From Catajapyx aquilonaris (lineage: Eukaryota), in NCBI GenBank assembly GCA_000934665.2, contig KZ538706.1, forward strand, positions 1 through 52,623: 52,623 bases of DNA. The letters run 5' to 3'. Below are positions 38,301 through 49,817 of this stretch, in pieces. The translations under genes were made by a program, and so were the position numbers. How positions within the stretch are numbered: the stretch's first letter is position 1; each line of letters opens with the position of its first letter. The notes under the pieces were generated by a model. That model ran no database searches. It had not been told where the DNA came from and worked only from the letters and a program-made list of their open reading frames with translations.

Positions 38301-40884
38301 GCTGGGTAACAAAGTACTGGCTATTGAGGGTCAAAGTCCAATGGTGTATGGGGGGTTGAATTTTTAGGGGAAGGGTGGGGGGAAAGGGAATTTTCTTTTT
38401 GCAACTATAATGGGCGGAGTCCAAAAGTAACATTAGGAATCGGGGGAGTAAGAAAGTTTGTTGTTTTGATGTCTGCAGTTGATTCATCAGTGTCGATGGG
38501 GATCGATGAGAGGGAAAAGTTTTGTGGCCAACATACGCTGTGACACTTATGCCATATTTTTACGTTGAATGTAGCCTTGACAACAAATAAGTACAAACTA
38601 TTCAGAATAAACTATCACCACACCCCGTCAAAATCATTTCCATGCGGCGTATTACACTTTCATACAGCTTTCATATATCCAAATGACTTCCAGCATTTGG
38701 CTTGATTTAAACCAATATCTTGACTAAACAATAATTTGAAATCCATTCATCTATCTCATATCGAATCAAAATATACGAAACAAATCAGTCCTTCATTCCT
38801 GACTAAATGCGAGGCAAGTATAGGTCTATAGGACGATTAATCCAGGGCAAATGAAAACATGGTTGAGGTCATGAAATTTGGTTTGTACAGCGCGAAGGGC
38901 ACACCACCATGCAGCTTACCATCGTTCAACTTGCGTGAAGTGTGCTTCCTTTTATTCGACAAAGTGAGTTCCATTTTCAGGAAATGAACCACTGATAGCA
39001 TTTCATCGCTCCATCCATTTTATGTGCAGAGCCAAAGATCAACTTCGGACTGGCCAGACATGCTTTCATCATTAATTTTAATCGCATAGTGGTACCATTT
39101 TATTGTTGTGGAGATCAAAAGCCCGCAGCCCGCACAAACCACGTTTGTAATTACTGTATTCTAAGCTTCAGTTAATGGCCAATTTGAACTGTATTGCCTG
39201 GACATATGCACTTCACAGAGCGTGAAAGTGCCATCTGGTGTTACCAGGGATATGTTTGGTGTTCACTGCAGGGGCTTGCTTAAAAGCAAAATATCACTTC
39301 ATAATTTTGCATAACACAGTCTGCTGCGGGAGATTTAAAGTGTAGCTCCAAATTGCATAATTATGTTAGAAATTGCCGTTTTTTTCACGTAGTAGCCTAC
39401 TGTTCCAGTTCTATTTTAAATCACAGTTAAAAAATGGACTACGCAGTCTGTATCTATGCGGTGTCAGAAAAAATCAGAATGAAGATACAGTAGGCCTACT
39501 TCCTTTGAAGCCGAGTTCTCTGGTTTCGGTTTTACTATTATTCTATATTGAGAAATATCTCTGGTTTTATGTAAGCAGCATGATTAAGTAATATAATATA
39601 AATACTCGGGGGGTTTATTTTCGAGACTCATGCTGTAGTAATGACAATGCAGCTTAAAACAAACTAGACTGCATAATGTCCACCAGATCATTATATGAAA
39701 TGATGAGCTTTAAAATACTGTAGCCTACACGGCTCAGGATGGCACCGAAAACTGAATATGGAAAAGAAGATAGTGTAATCAGATTCCGAATGGGGACCGA
39801 GGTTTACATGCGCACGCAACTATTGTGAAGAACTTGTGACCAAAACCAGACTTGTGGAGTGGAAAGGAAGAAGAGCTCAGCTTTTGGTTGACAAAAGCTA
39901 CTTGCGAATGTACAATAAAACGGCAAATATTTGAGTTGTAAATAGAGCAATACCCCAGAGTAGGAAAAGGAACTGTCTCATCCCTTCAGTATTTTCCTCT
40001 TTCAGCAAAGGGTATACTTAAAATGCTATTATAAGAATGGTACAATATTTTAATTTCCATATACTATATAATGCTGCTTAGAATTAGGTTTCTTTTTCAT
40101 ATTAATATTATCAAGCCATCCATCATTAAGTGAAGCTTCACAGTTGCTGCACTGTTGAAACTACATAAGTAATTTGGAATTTTTACATACAGTGTTTGGA
40201 AAATACGATGCAATGTGTCCATGACGCAGTATGTTTGTGGAGATTAGTCACTGCATTATTTCGCATTATTGTCGGTTTTTGCTTGCATAATCATATAGGC
40301 CCAAATTAACAGAGTGAAATCATTTTGCAAATATCATATATGAACATAGATCTTAAATTCTTACAACCGTAATTCAGAAATGAATACCGTTTGGCCATAA
40401 ACATGATTTAAAATATGTTTTTAACAAAATTCAATTTAGTCACCTGATGGTGCCTATCTTTAGCATAATATTTATCGAATCATTTTCGCATAATTATGGA
40501 CCTTCCAAAGAGTTACAGTCACTTCTTTTGACGCAAGGAGGAAATTTCTGGCACAGGTGAGAGCCTATGGAGTAACCAAACGACGAAACAATAGGCTTGG
40601 TGGCGGGAATGCTCGACATAAGCTCATAAAATCTGGTATCACAGTTACAAAAATGGTTAGATCGATATGATGCTAAAGATATGCAACATCATGTGGCTGT
40701 ATTTATTTTCCGGGTAAACGCTTTAAGCCAATTTTACGGCTAACCGGTACTTATTTTTGGAATGCACCGATGCATGGTTTAAAATGATGTAAAAAGTAAC
40801 TGGGTAATCACAGTAAATGCTTTCATGTTACTGAACAATGTTCTCGGATTTGAGAGTGATTCAACAGTTACAATAACGTCAAAT

Positions 40885-41241
40885 ATGGGGAGGTGTGGTG
40901 GCCGTGATGGTAACGTCACGGCTTGCTGAGTGAAAGGCCCCAGGTTCGATCCCCGCCTGGGGAACTTTCCTTTCACCTGCGTCAGGAGGGTCTCTGACCT
41001 GCACCAAGGAGGTGTCTGGCAACCTAACCTCCTGGGGGACTGCACATGGCCCAAAAGCCATAGGACAATGCACCTGCACAAGTGTCCCCTCCCCAACAAT
41101 CCCTTTCCCTACCCCATATCCTAGTATTCCTTGCACGGAGATTGAAGTTAATAGGAAACTGTATGGTGGTCTGTCACCCCCCGAAAGGCCCATAGAGGGC
41201 CATCAAGGGGTACGTAAAATAAAAAAATAAAAAATAAATAA
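40885..41241 (+). mobile_element. tRNA-derived SINE, family 1, copy C (full length)
   Basis: A and B boxes, (AAAT)n-like tail, 13-bp TSD AATAACGTCAAAT at 40872-40884 and 41242-41254. Confidence 0.95.
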
Positions 41242-43308
41242 AATAACGTCAAATGTTATAATGTAGTAATTTTCATGACATGTTGGATTGCTGTCTTGTA
41301 TAGCCTTGACATTAAATGCCAACTTATGCGATGCAGTAAATTATGTCAGATGTGTTGAATGTAAGTAACACTTTTTCTGCAGGCAAATGTCCCATTCCCT
41401 TACAACTTTTAGGGTTCATTTTTGTCCAACCTGCCATAACTATTCGCAAACATTCCAAACATTGTGCAAAGAATGTGCACGAAAGTTTTCAGAAGGGCAT
41501 ACATCTTACCCGGCATTTTTGAGCCCTTCCACGCACCTCTCAAAAGGAGGTTCCAGCCTGTAATCGTATTTCACTGGCAATCTCTCATCGTTGTCGCAAG
41601 ATGGCACGAGAGCTGACAACACGCGACCCCGCTTCACGATACCGAAAACGGCTCGGTTTTATTCAGGATTCCCATTTCCATCCACCTCACGCACCACTAA
41701 AATTAACTGCCCAGGAAGCTACTGTCACGGATCACTCAAATGTCCATAAAGTAATAAAAACACAATGCACCTGTAAAGTAGTGGCAGAAAATTTTGAAGT
41801 GCAGTTTGGCACGTCGTAACGGCCCGCGAGAGGTGGGATTAGAACAGCCAGGACCCTTCCAAGCGATGAATTGTTGGGTTTAGAACCGGATTTGTAGAGT
41901 TTGGGGGGGGGGGGGGGGTCCNNNNNNNNNNNNNCGATGGATAGTTGCAACCATAATCTGCAGTTGGGTCTGACGACCTTTAAGCAAGGGAAGGGCAAGA
42001 GTGCTCTCGAAACCTTATTTGATCAGATTGTGAGCAGAGCTCTGCCGGGGGAGAGAGCTCTGAAAGAACCAATTAGAGCGAAACGCTGGCAAAATGGGGC
42101 CCGCCTTGAGGTCGCCAACCACTTTTGGCGACACTCGTCGGGCTTCCAAAGGTAATAAGCCAGGCCCCTGCTGGCAGTGGCCGCAGACTTTGTCCCAGAG
42201 ATCCTTCCATCCCCCTCCCACACGACATGCTGGAAGCCACAGAATGTAAGAAGGAGGAGACTTCAAGCATGATGGAGTGGCCATTCTTATCCCTCCCAGC
42301 ACTTCAACACTCTCGGACATTGGATTCTGGGAATGTTCACTGGGGTCTAGCAATATCCAATTTGCTGGCTCGCCTCTAGGACGGCATGTGCTGCAAAGTT
42401 TGCTTCTGTCTTACTGCATGTTACGAATGGGGGTGCTCAGCAAGTTGAAACAATCCCTTCCCTCCCCTCCCACTTGGCGGTTTTGCATAGACAAATGAGC
42501 CGGGGGAGTGGAAGGGCCGTTGTCAGGAAGACACGGATTGCTTCTCCAATCTTCAGCTGATTAACATCGAAATGGATGGACATTAAGGCACTGTTGGCCT
42601 CCTTGTGGACCATGCACATCTGTGCAGTGCAAATGGGACGATTAGACGAGTATTCATGGCATTAAGTTCGTTACACCAGGTTGGGCATTTTTGACTGTAT
42701 ATTCCGGCTGCTCTAATTGTATAATGGGCCTAATAGTCTTTGTTCTTCCGAGTATAATTCCTGTAGAGATCAATAGTATTTGCCAAAATATCATCACAAT
42801 CGTAATAGACATTAGAATTTAGTTCTTAGGCCAATTATTAATTTTTAAGTAACTAGAACGCTTCGTCTCAGTGTTTCTTCTCCTCATCTATCCTAAATAA
42901 TATATTGCTGCCTCCAGTATACGTGGCTAGAATAATAATTAATGACTACGCTCGCGCGCGTATTCCGTCTTGTGATATTGCAAAATTATGAAGTACAAGA
43001 TTATGGAAGCATTGAGAACGTGTATTAGCCTAATAAGTACATCACTTTTAACCTTCCATGAACACTTTCAAGTACAATCTTAGGCAGAATTACAAACTTG
43101 GATAAGTTATACGACTATCTGATAATGTTTCTTAGCCGCCAACGGTTTATCGCTATAACATTATTACTGCACCTAAACTTAATGATTCATCAGATTATTA
43201 TTATTACGTTAAGATTTTAAAGCCGGGAGCATATCCTAGCTAGTCAAATTAAAACGTCAGTGACTTTAGCATTTTGTAACTTGGTTATATGAATATACAG
43301 GGTGTCCT

Positions 43309-43714
43309 ACCGAAGCAGTAGTGGTGGAGTAGATATGGTGTCCGACTGCTTACCGGCAGGTCCTGGGTTCGAGTCCCGGAGGCCGGCGGTCCTGAGCTTG
43401 GTTTTCTCTGGATTTCCAAGGTCGCCCCATGAAAATTCCGGGACCGTACTGTAAAATAGGCCACAGCCGCTTCCTTCCTTTCCTTGCGCTGGAGGAGGTG
43501 CGGTGGAGCTTCTGGCCCGCGCCTAGGGGGGTGTCTCTAGCTTGGCCCCCTGAGGGAATGCACACGGCCCCCACCACAAGACAATGCACTGCACCAGTGT
43601 CCCTCCCTCTTATCTCTTCCCTGTCCCCCGCACCGGAGAGAACGAAAAAAGCATAGAAAACCTCCCTACATTGACTACTAGGTCTCAAGGGGGTACCAAA
43701 AATAAAGAAAGAAA
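43309..43714 (+). mobile_element. Chimeric tRNA-derived SINE (family 2 head and central domain, family 1 body and tail)
   Basis: Starts ACCGAAGCAG like the 7091 copy, has B box GGTTCGAGTCC and the shared AATAGGCCACAGCCGCTTCCTTCCTT. 43526-43607 aligns to the family 1 body (41008-41093). GGGGTAC plus A-rich tail. Flanking repeat GAATATACAG at 43291-43300 and 43715-43724. Confidence 0.85.
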
Positions 43715-44050
43715 GAATATACAGTACATTCCGTAGTATACTAAAAGATTCTGCATTACTGCAATAGACTGTCAATATTCGTGATGTCATCAATGGTCTA
43801 CAGAGAGACTACTACATAGACTACTCTGTCACCAGGAGTGAAGAAACGCTATACATAAAGAGCAGGATATAATACATATCTTCTCTTATTCATGAGAATG
43901 AGGAAATCAATCTTAGGTACGGTACAGTAGATGTGATTGTCTCCGTCACAGAGGCAAATCGCCAAAATTTTAAAGAGAAATTGTGCGTTAATGCCCAAAC
44001 AGAAGGCCTACATTTAATAATACCTTTTTTACTACCCTACATACATATAA

Positions 44051-44130
44051 TATGAAAGGGTAGGAGAAAGAAAAAAGGCTGCGACTGGTAGCAGTCGCAG
44101 CCTTTTTTCTCTCTCTCCTACCCTTTCATA
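44051..44130. repeat. 80-bp hairpin/palindrome
   Basis: Arms 44051-44087 and 44092-44130, 4-nt loop, one 2-bp slip and one mismatch. Confidence 0.9.
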
Positions 44131-44463
44131 CCTCCAAAAATGATTTGGACTGCTGGTCGTGGAAAGACCGATGGTTCACAAGACGCTGGTGGATGATTGT
44201 AGCAGGAAGCCAATGTACAGTGTCGCATCGCCACATTACACTTGCGACCAGTCATTCCTCACGATCTCAGTTGCCGCGGCCCACGCAATAAATCAGGCCA
44301 AACCTGTAATCAGTTTTACAAACCTTTTTGCTCTGTGTAGCGCATTATAATTTATCAGCAGTCTACTCCCCAGTACTTATTGATAGAAAGTGTAACAATC
44401 ATAAGAAGTGCATAGTGCAAACACCTAAAAAAAAAAGTTTACATAGCAAAAGCAATTTTATGG

Positions 44464-44502
44464 ACTGTAGAGCAATATAATTATCCAATATTGCTCTACA
44501 GT
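44464..44502. repeat. Short perfect inverted repeat
   Basis: ACTGTAGAGCAATAT (9-nt spacer) ATATTGCTCTACAGT. Confidence 0.8.
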
Positions 44503-45950
44503 TGAAAATTGCGGCCATTTGCTGTTAGGATTAGGTTTACTATAAAATAATAATGCTTCGCATTTTCTTTTTTTTCTTTCAAAATATCGATGAAAAACAA
44601 TTACACGCAATCTAACTACCATAAAAGTGTAAATCCATTTTAATGTCTATACCACTGATAATGTGACTTAGCATGTAACAAGTACCACTACAGTAAAATA
44701 CATTCCAATCAGAAAATTTGCTATCAGTCGCCTATTTCCTGGGAGGTAGGCCTATTTCAGTTGGTACAGTACAATACGTATTCACTTAGACTTCTCAACA
44801 AAACTTCACTTGTCATTGAACAAAAAGTGCTCCGCAATAACGACAGTACTGAAGTAAATTTTGCCATATCACCAAGTAACCTGGCATAGAACGTCACGCC
44901 CTGAGACATACAACTTCCTTCCTCTACCCTTCACCCTCCCCTCTTCCTCCACTTCATGGCTCCAGGACAGGTAATGTAGCAGTGAATTTCATACCCTCTG
45001 GCAAAAGGATTTCCAAACAAATCCTACCCATATTCCAGCCCCATTCCTTCTCTCCCTCACAAAAGTAAAATATTCCTTGGCAAAACGCTGCGACCCCACT
45101 TTATTAACCCTTGGGCCTTTATGAAGAATGACTTATTTATCTCCCTGCTCTCTCCCTCCCCTCCTAGACAGCATGCTCAATAGTAATGTAGGAGGAAACA
45201 TCTTCTTTAATCTCGACTCTGAGAGGTATAGTATAAGAGGAGAGTAAGCGGTTGTTGGCGGCGATCCAACTCGGCGCCAATGCTCGGTAAAGCCTTTTAT
45301 AACGGCCCTTTTCTTTCCGTTGCTGATTTGCAGGGGTCCAGGATGCGACCCGTCAACTAAGGAACTTTTTCCTTCTTGAAGACGATCCTTCAGGACTTCG
45401 GGGATAAAAAATGGGATCTAATGAGTTTGGAGAGGGACTCACTCCGGCCTAATTGAAACAATTAAGAATGTTTTTTTTGTTGCAACCAGGGTCGAAGGGT
45501 GTCATCCCTGCCGGCACTGGTTAGCTGGGAATTGTCATTGAAAATGATCAACAGTTGGAAGATGTAGACAGGGTGGTACACTGTATAAGTTGACCTCTTT
45601 CTAGGAGTTGGAGAGCAATGGTAATAACAATAAGTAATGGAAGCTAATTGATATTATTTTGTTGACAAAATATCAAGTCTCACATTGAGGCGTCTGAGTC
45701 CGATGGTAAGTTGTTTGAAAAATATGCAGTTTCTCTGTTTCAGAATTCCTGAGCAGTTGCCATATGCTTTATTTAATTGTCAGTATAAAGAGAATGATGG
45801 AAACCTGTCAGACATCGGATAACACAATAGAACAAATCCGCCCTATACCCGTTGCCAGCATGACGTACTTTATATGGAAGATCAAGTGGAATTAAGGATT
45901 GATTTCAGTGAATATGAATAACATTCGCTGTTATAAAGAGAGCATGAAAT

Positions 45951-46199
45951 GAGGGGTGTGGTGGAAAAAGGTGATAACCCACAAAAATAAAAATTTTCAG
46001 GAGAGCGAATTTAAGTTTGAATTCTCTTAACAAACCATATAAGGGATGCGGGTTTGATCTAGTTCGTGTGGCCGTCTCGTGCATGATACGTGGACTTGGA
46101 GTATACCGAACTCTTTGTCATGTCTTTTACAGAGTTGCTAGGTGTTTATGTCAATAATGACTAAAAGTAGTGTTATCACCTTTTTCCACCACACCCCTC
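45951..46199. mobile_element. MITE with 4-bp TSD and GAG...CTC ends, Sola-superfamily-like
   Basis: Perfect 28-bp TIR GAGGGGTGTGGTGGAAAAAGGTGATAAC (45951-45978, 46172-46199). AAAT on both sides (45947-50, 46200-03). Confidence 0.75.
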
Positions 46200-48607
46200 A
46201 AATGTACCACATATTTTATAATTTGCAACTCGTGGCACCAGCAGCAGGACTAACGAGTTCCCAAATATATGCTTCGTTATTTCCCTAATGAAAACCACTT
46301 CAACATTACAATACGAGGTGCAGAAATGTGGGTGATTTTATATCGAACCCTTAATTATGCTGCACTTAATATAAATATCAATTATTACATAATGTGGCGC
46401 GCGCTGTACATATAGTAAAAATTCTAACATTTTTCTCTCCAAATGAAAACAGTATACTGTATATTCATATGAACAAAAAAGTTGACTCAATCATATGGCG
46501 AAACACTTTGCCTTAGAGAAATAAATATTTAAAAAAGTGGACAAGAAATGCATTCCATTTTGCTGCTGTCAAGAGTACGCAGTGTGGCACATGAGCTGAT
46601 TTTCTTACCAGATTTATGAAACATTGAATCGTCTTTCCTCATGTAAAAATAATGGGGGAGAGGAGAAGAAAGGGAATTGCGTGATAAAGACGGAAAGTGG
46701 TTCTTAAGAAGGTTATAAAAATAGCTTTCGGAGGATGAAAGCAAGGCCTCTGAAATATTAATCATATCCATGTGTAAGCTCCGAGTGAATAATTGAAGAG
46801 ACAACTTCTCCGCCATCTCGGACGTTTATGGAAAGTAATGGGCTCAAAAAGCTCAGAAGAGGTTAGAACTATATTTTTGGTTTCCCCAGCTACCACTGGA
46901 ATTTGGACTTACTGCAACGGCGTTACTGTACATACTCGAGGATGGGCGAGTCCAACATTGTAGTAGGACATTACCGAAAGTTGTGACGTCCCATCACTAG
47001 ATGGCAGGAGTTTGGGTTTGGGCCTGAGGGGAACTCTTTGTGAGTTCAGTTGTGTTGTGGCCGGGAAGCAGGCTTGTCTACTAAACGGTTGCTCCGTACC
47101 CATTGTATTATTATTGGACCACGACCACGACCCTGAGTCGTCAGGGGGATGACCTGATGAGGTCAACCCTCACAAAGTTCATCTTACAGAGCCATATGAA
47201 AATCTCGTAACATTGCAGGATTTTTTTTATAAAACCCTTACAGTCGATGGTAGTGTTAAATATTAGAAAGATCACAAATGGCTGGGAAATTTGATGAACA
47301 TTTTTTGCCTTTAATACAGGGTGTCCAAATTTTCAGCCGAGTAGGCAGATGACATTCAGACAAATTTGAAGAGACTTGTGGCACACCATACACAATTATT
47401 GAAACAAGCCCCACGTGGAGTATGTCCCTCTCACCGCATACCGCCAGCAACCACGCTCATCTATGACATACCATATATCCCGATAAGGCCAAACATTGCC
47501 CCGCTACCTGAAAAAGCACGCTTTTACTGTGCATATCACTTTCCTCGGCATTAATATAGCTCACGCGTGAGGAAAGTGGAGTTGATAGTTTACGACTCTC
47601 GCCGGTCTCGCTATCGACATTGTCGCCCCGTTCCTCCAATCTCGTGACCCGAAAAACAATTTGCGGACACAATATGGAATGAGAATAGGAACTAATGATT
47701 TAAGGCCTCAGATGGCCATCTCTCTCGTGTGGAGGGGGTGGGGAAGGTAGGGGAAAGAGAGTGGCATGTCACTCCATCATTTTTACCCAACCGGCAGGAT
47801 GATTTACATTAGGTCGAATAAGCCTGCCATAAAGTCGTCCAGTCTTCGAAATCCTATTGGAGGAAAAATAAGGTGCTATTGCCGAATACTTTTTTTTGTG
47901 GCTAGCAAGTTGCAACCAGCGGGTTCGGTTTTAATGACGAGGACGTGTGACCCTCGTCATTTCTTAATTGTCGCTTTTGCGACTCAAATCTCGACAGAAT
48001 TTTCCTTCCAGCGACACAAAAAACGAGACCATTTTTTTTTTGCTTACATTACCCCTGTAGCAAATTATTATTCCGCAGAGCTTTCCAGGAAGATGTACAT
48101 TCGCACACTTTTCAAGGAGCACTCTAATTGAATGCAAATGAAAATTAACGTCAGTGTTCATTCCGGAAAGAAAGTGCCGTCGCTGGCAGTTACGAACGCT
48201 AGGAAACATCACGGGTGCAGGGCTGCATGAATTTCAAAAAGACGCTCGCAGCACCGAGAAGCAGCGTTACCTTTTTACAGCCGACTACGTGGATATACTT
48301 TCAATCTCAACGCATCGGCTTAAAATGAGCTTTACCTAGCTTAAGTCCTCAAGACCAGGTTTTTTTCTTAGTCGGTCGATTAGGATGTTTTTATGAAATT
48401 GTTCATAGCACTTTAGCCGGATAATCAGTGGGGTATGATAGTTTTGAGTCACCTTGTGGAAGGTTTCTAGGTGCATTTTAGAGTCGACCTATTTCCTGCT
48501 GGGTGCATAATGAATGCCGCGGTTCGTTTGGTGCACAAGAGACAATTCATCAAGGGAATTTTCTTAGTTACGCGAAATCCACCCCCTCTCCCCCCTCCAA
48601 AAACGAG

Positions 48608-48627
48608 GAGAGAGAGAGAGAGAGAGA
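48608..48627. repeat. (GA)10 microsatellite
   Basis: Read directly. Confidence 0.9.
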
Positions 48628-49589
48628 CTTAATGCAAATAAATGTACTAGAGTTTTCTCAAATTACGCCCTTGGCGGGCGTTCCAGTTATTAGCCTGGTA
48701 GGAATTCCAAAATCTCCATTGTGGAAGGGGGGGGGGGGGNAGAGCAAAATGCATTTACAACCTGGAATCCCAAGTTTCAAAAGTAGGGGATATACTTTTA
48801 CCCCATTACGTTTCGTCTCCTTTACGATCGGGTTGAACTTCTTGAGGTACAAATATGCAGCCCTTGACATTTTCTGCGCGGCATTTGCATCAAATCCCGA
48901 CCAAAGTGCGCTTTAAACTGGTATAAAAAATGCCGCCACCGTTTTTATTTGACATATTTAAAGCAAAACTGCAGACCACTTGGTCATAAAAAGTGGAACG
49001 TAAGCAAAACACCTGTAAGTCACCCTCCTTTTTTTATATTTTTCCCTGTGTGCCGACACCTGGAGAGGCCTTTAAATATGGAACAGATGATAAATTCTGC
49101 TTTCTGGGAGCAAGACTATTGCAGTTGAAATATGGATTCCAACGGAAATTTTTATGGAAACAGTTGCCACTACTACAGTGGGCTGCAGTGTATTCATGAG
49201 TGCCAGCGTTGCTTTCATTTTCGGTCTGCTCTCACCAGAAAGTCAGCAGGCATTACGACAGTACGTATGAGCTAGAAAGTTTATGTGATTGAGAAATAAT
49301 GTGATGAATATACTTAGTCGTTTTAATTTTAATGCAGTGCGCAGTGGTGGTATTTTACAATCCTCGACTTTTCCAGCATGTGTTCTAGTAACGTGACAAT
49401 TTGGATTTATAATAAAGCTGAAATTGCTTTTGCAAACTTAAAATTGGTCACAAAAATAACTGCATTTTTTGCAGATGATTTTTTCAACCATGATACTGGC
49501 AATAAAGGAACCCTACGTACTTACATGGGGGACAGCTGTCCACTCCATTTGCCTCCTCATCTGTGAAAGTCCTTTGACTTCTACTGCAT

Positions 49590-49817
49590 ACCCATTTCAT
49601 CAGAAAACTGCTTCTCGCCCACTTTTTCCATCAGTCTGGTTGGCCTTGCCGTACTTGGACCGCAGTTTTTTCATCTGACACTCGATCTGTCCGCTATTGC
49701 AAATCACAATCACGCCCGCTTTCTTCATCTCCTGTGCCATCTCCTGCAGGACATTCCGCTTCTTGCACAGCTGATGGGGGAGGTTCTGCAATCAGGCTTA
49801 GAATCTGCGCGGCTCCA
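49590..49817 (-). pseudogene. Degenerate Myb/SANT-like (trihelix, Myb_DNA-bind_4 type) domain, possibly a Harbinger second-ORF relic
   Basis: KKRNVLQEMAQEMKKAGVIVICNSGQIECQMKKLRSKYGKANQTDGKSGRE fits the pattern (W)xxIAxxMxxxG..QxxxKxKxLxxxY..xxSG. Frameshifted WSR/QILSLIAE lies upstream and FSDEMG downstream. Multiple frameshifts and stops. Confidence 0.65.
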
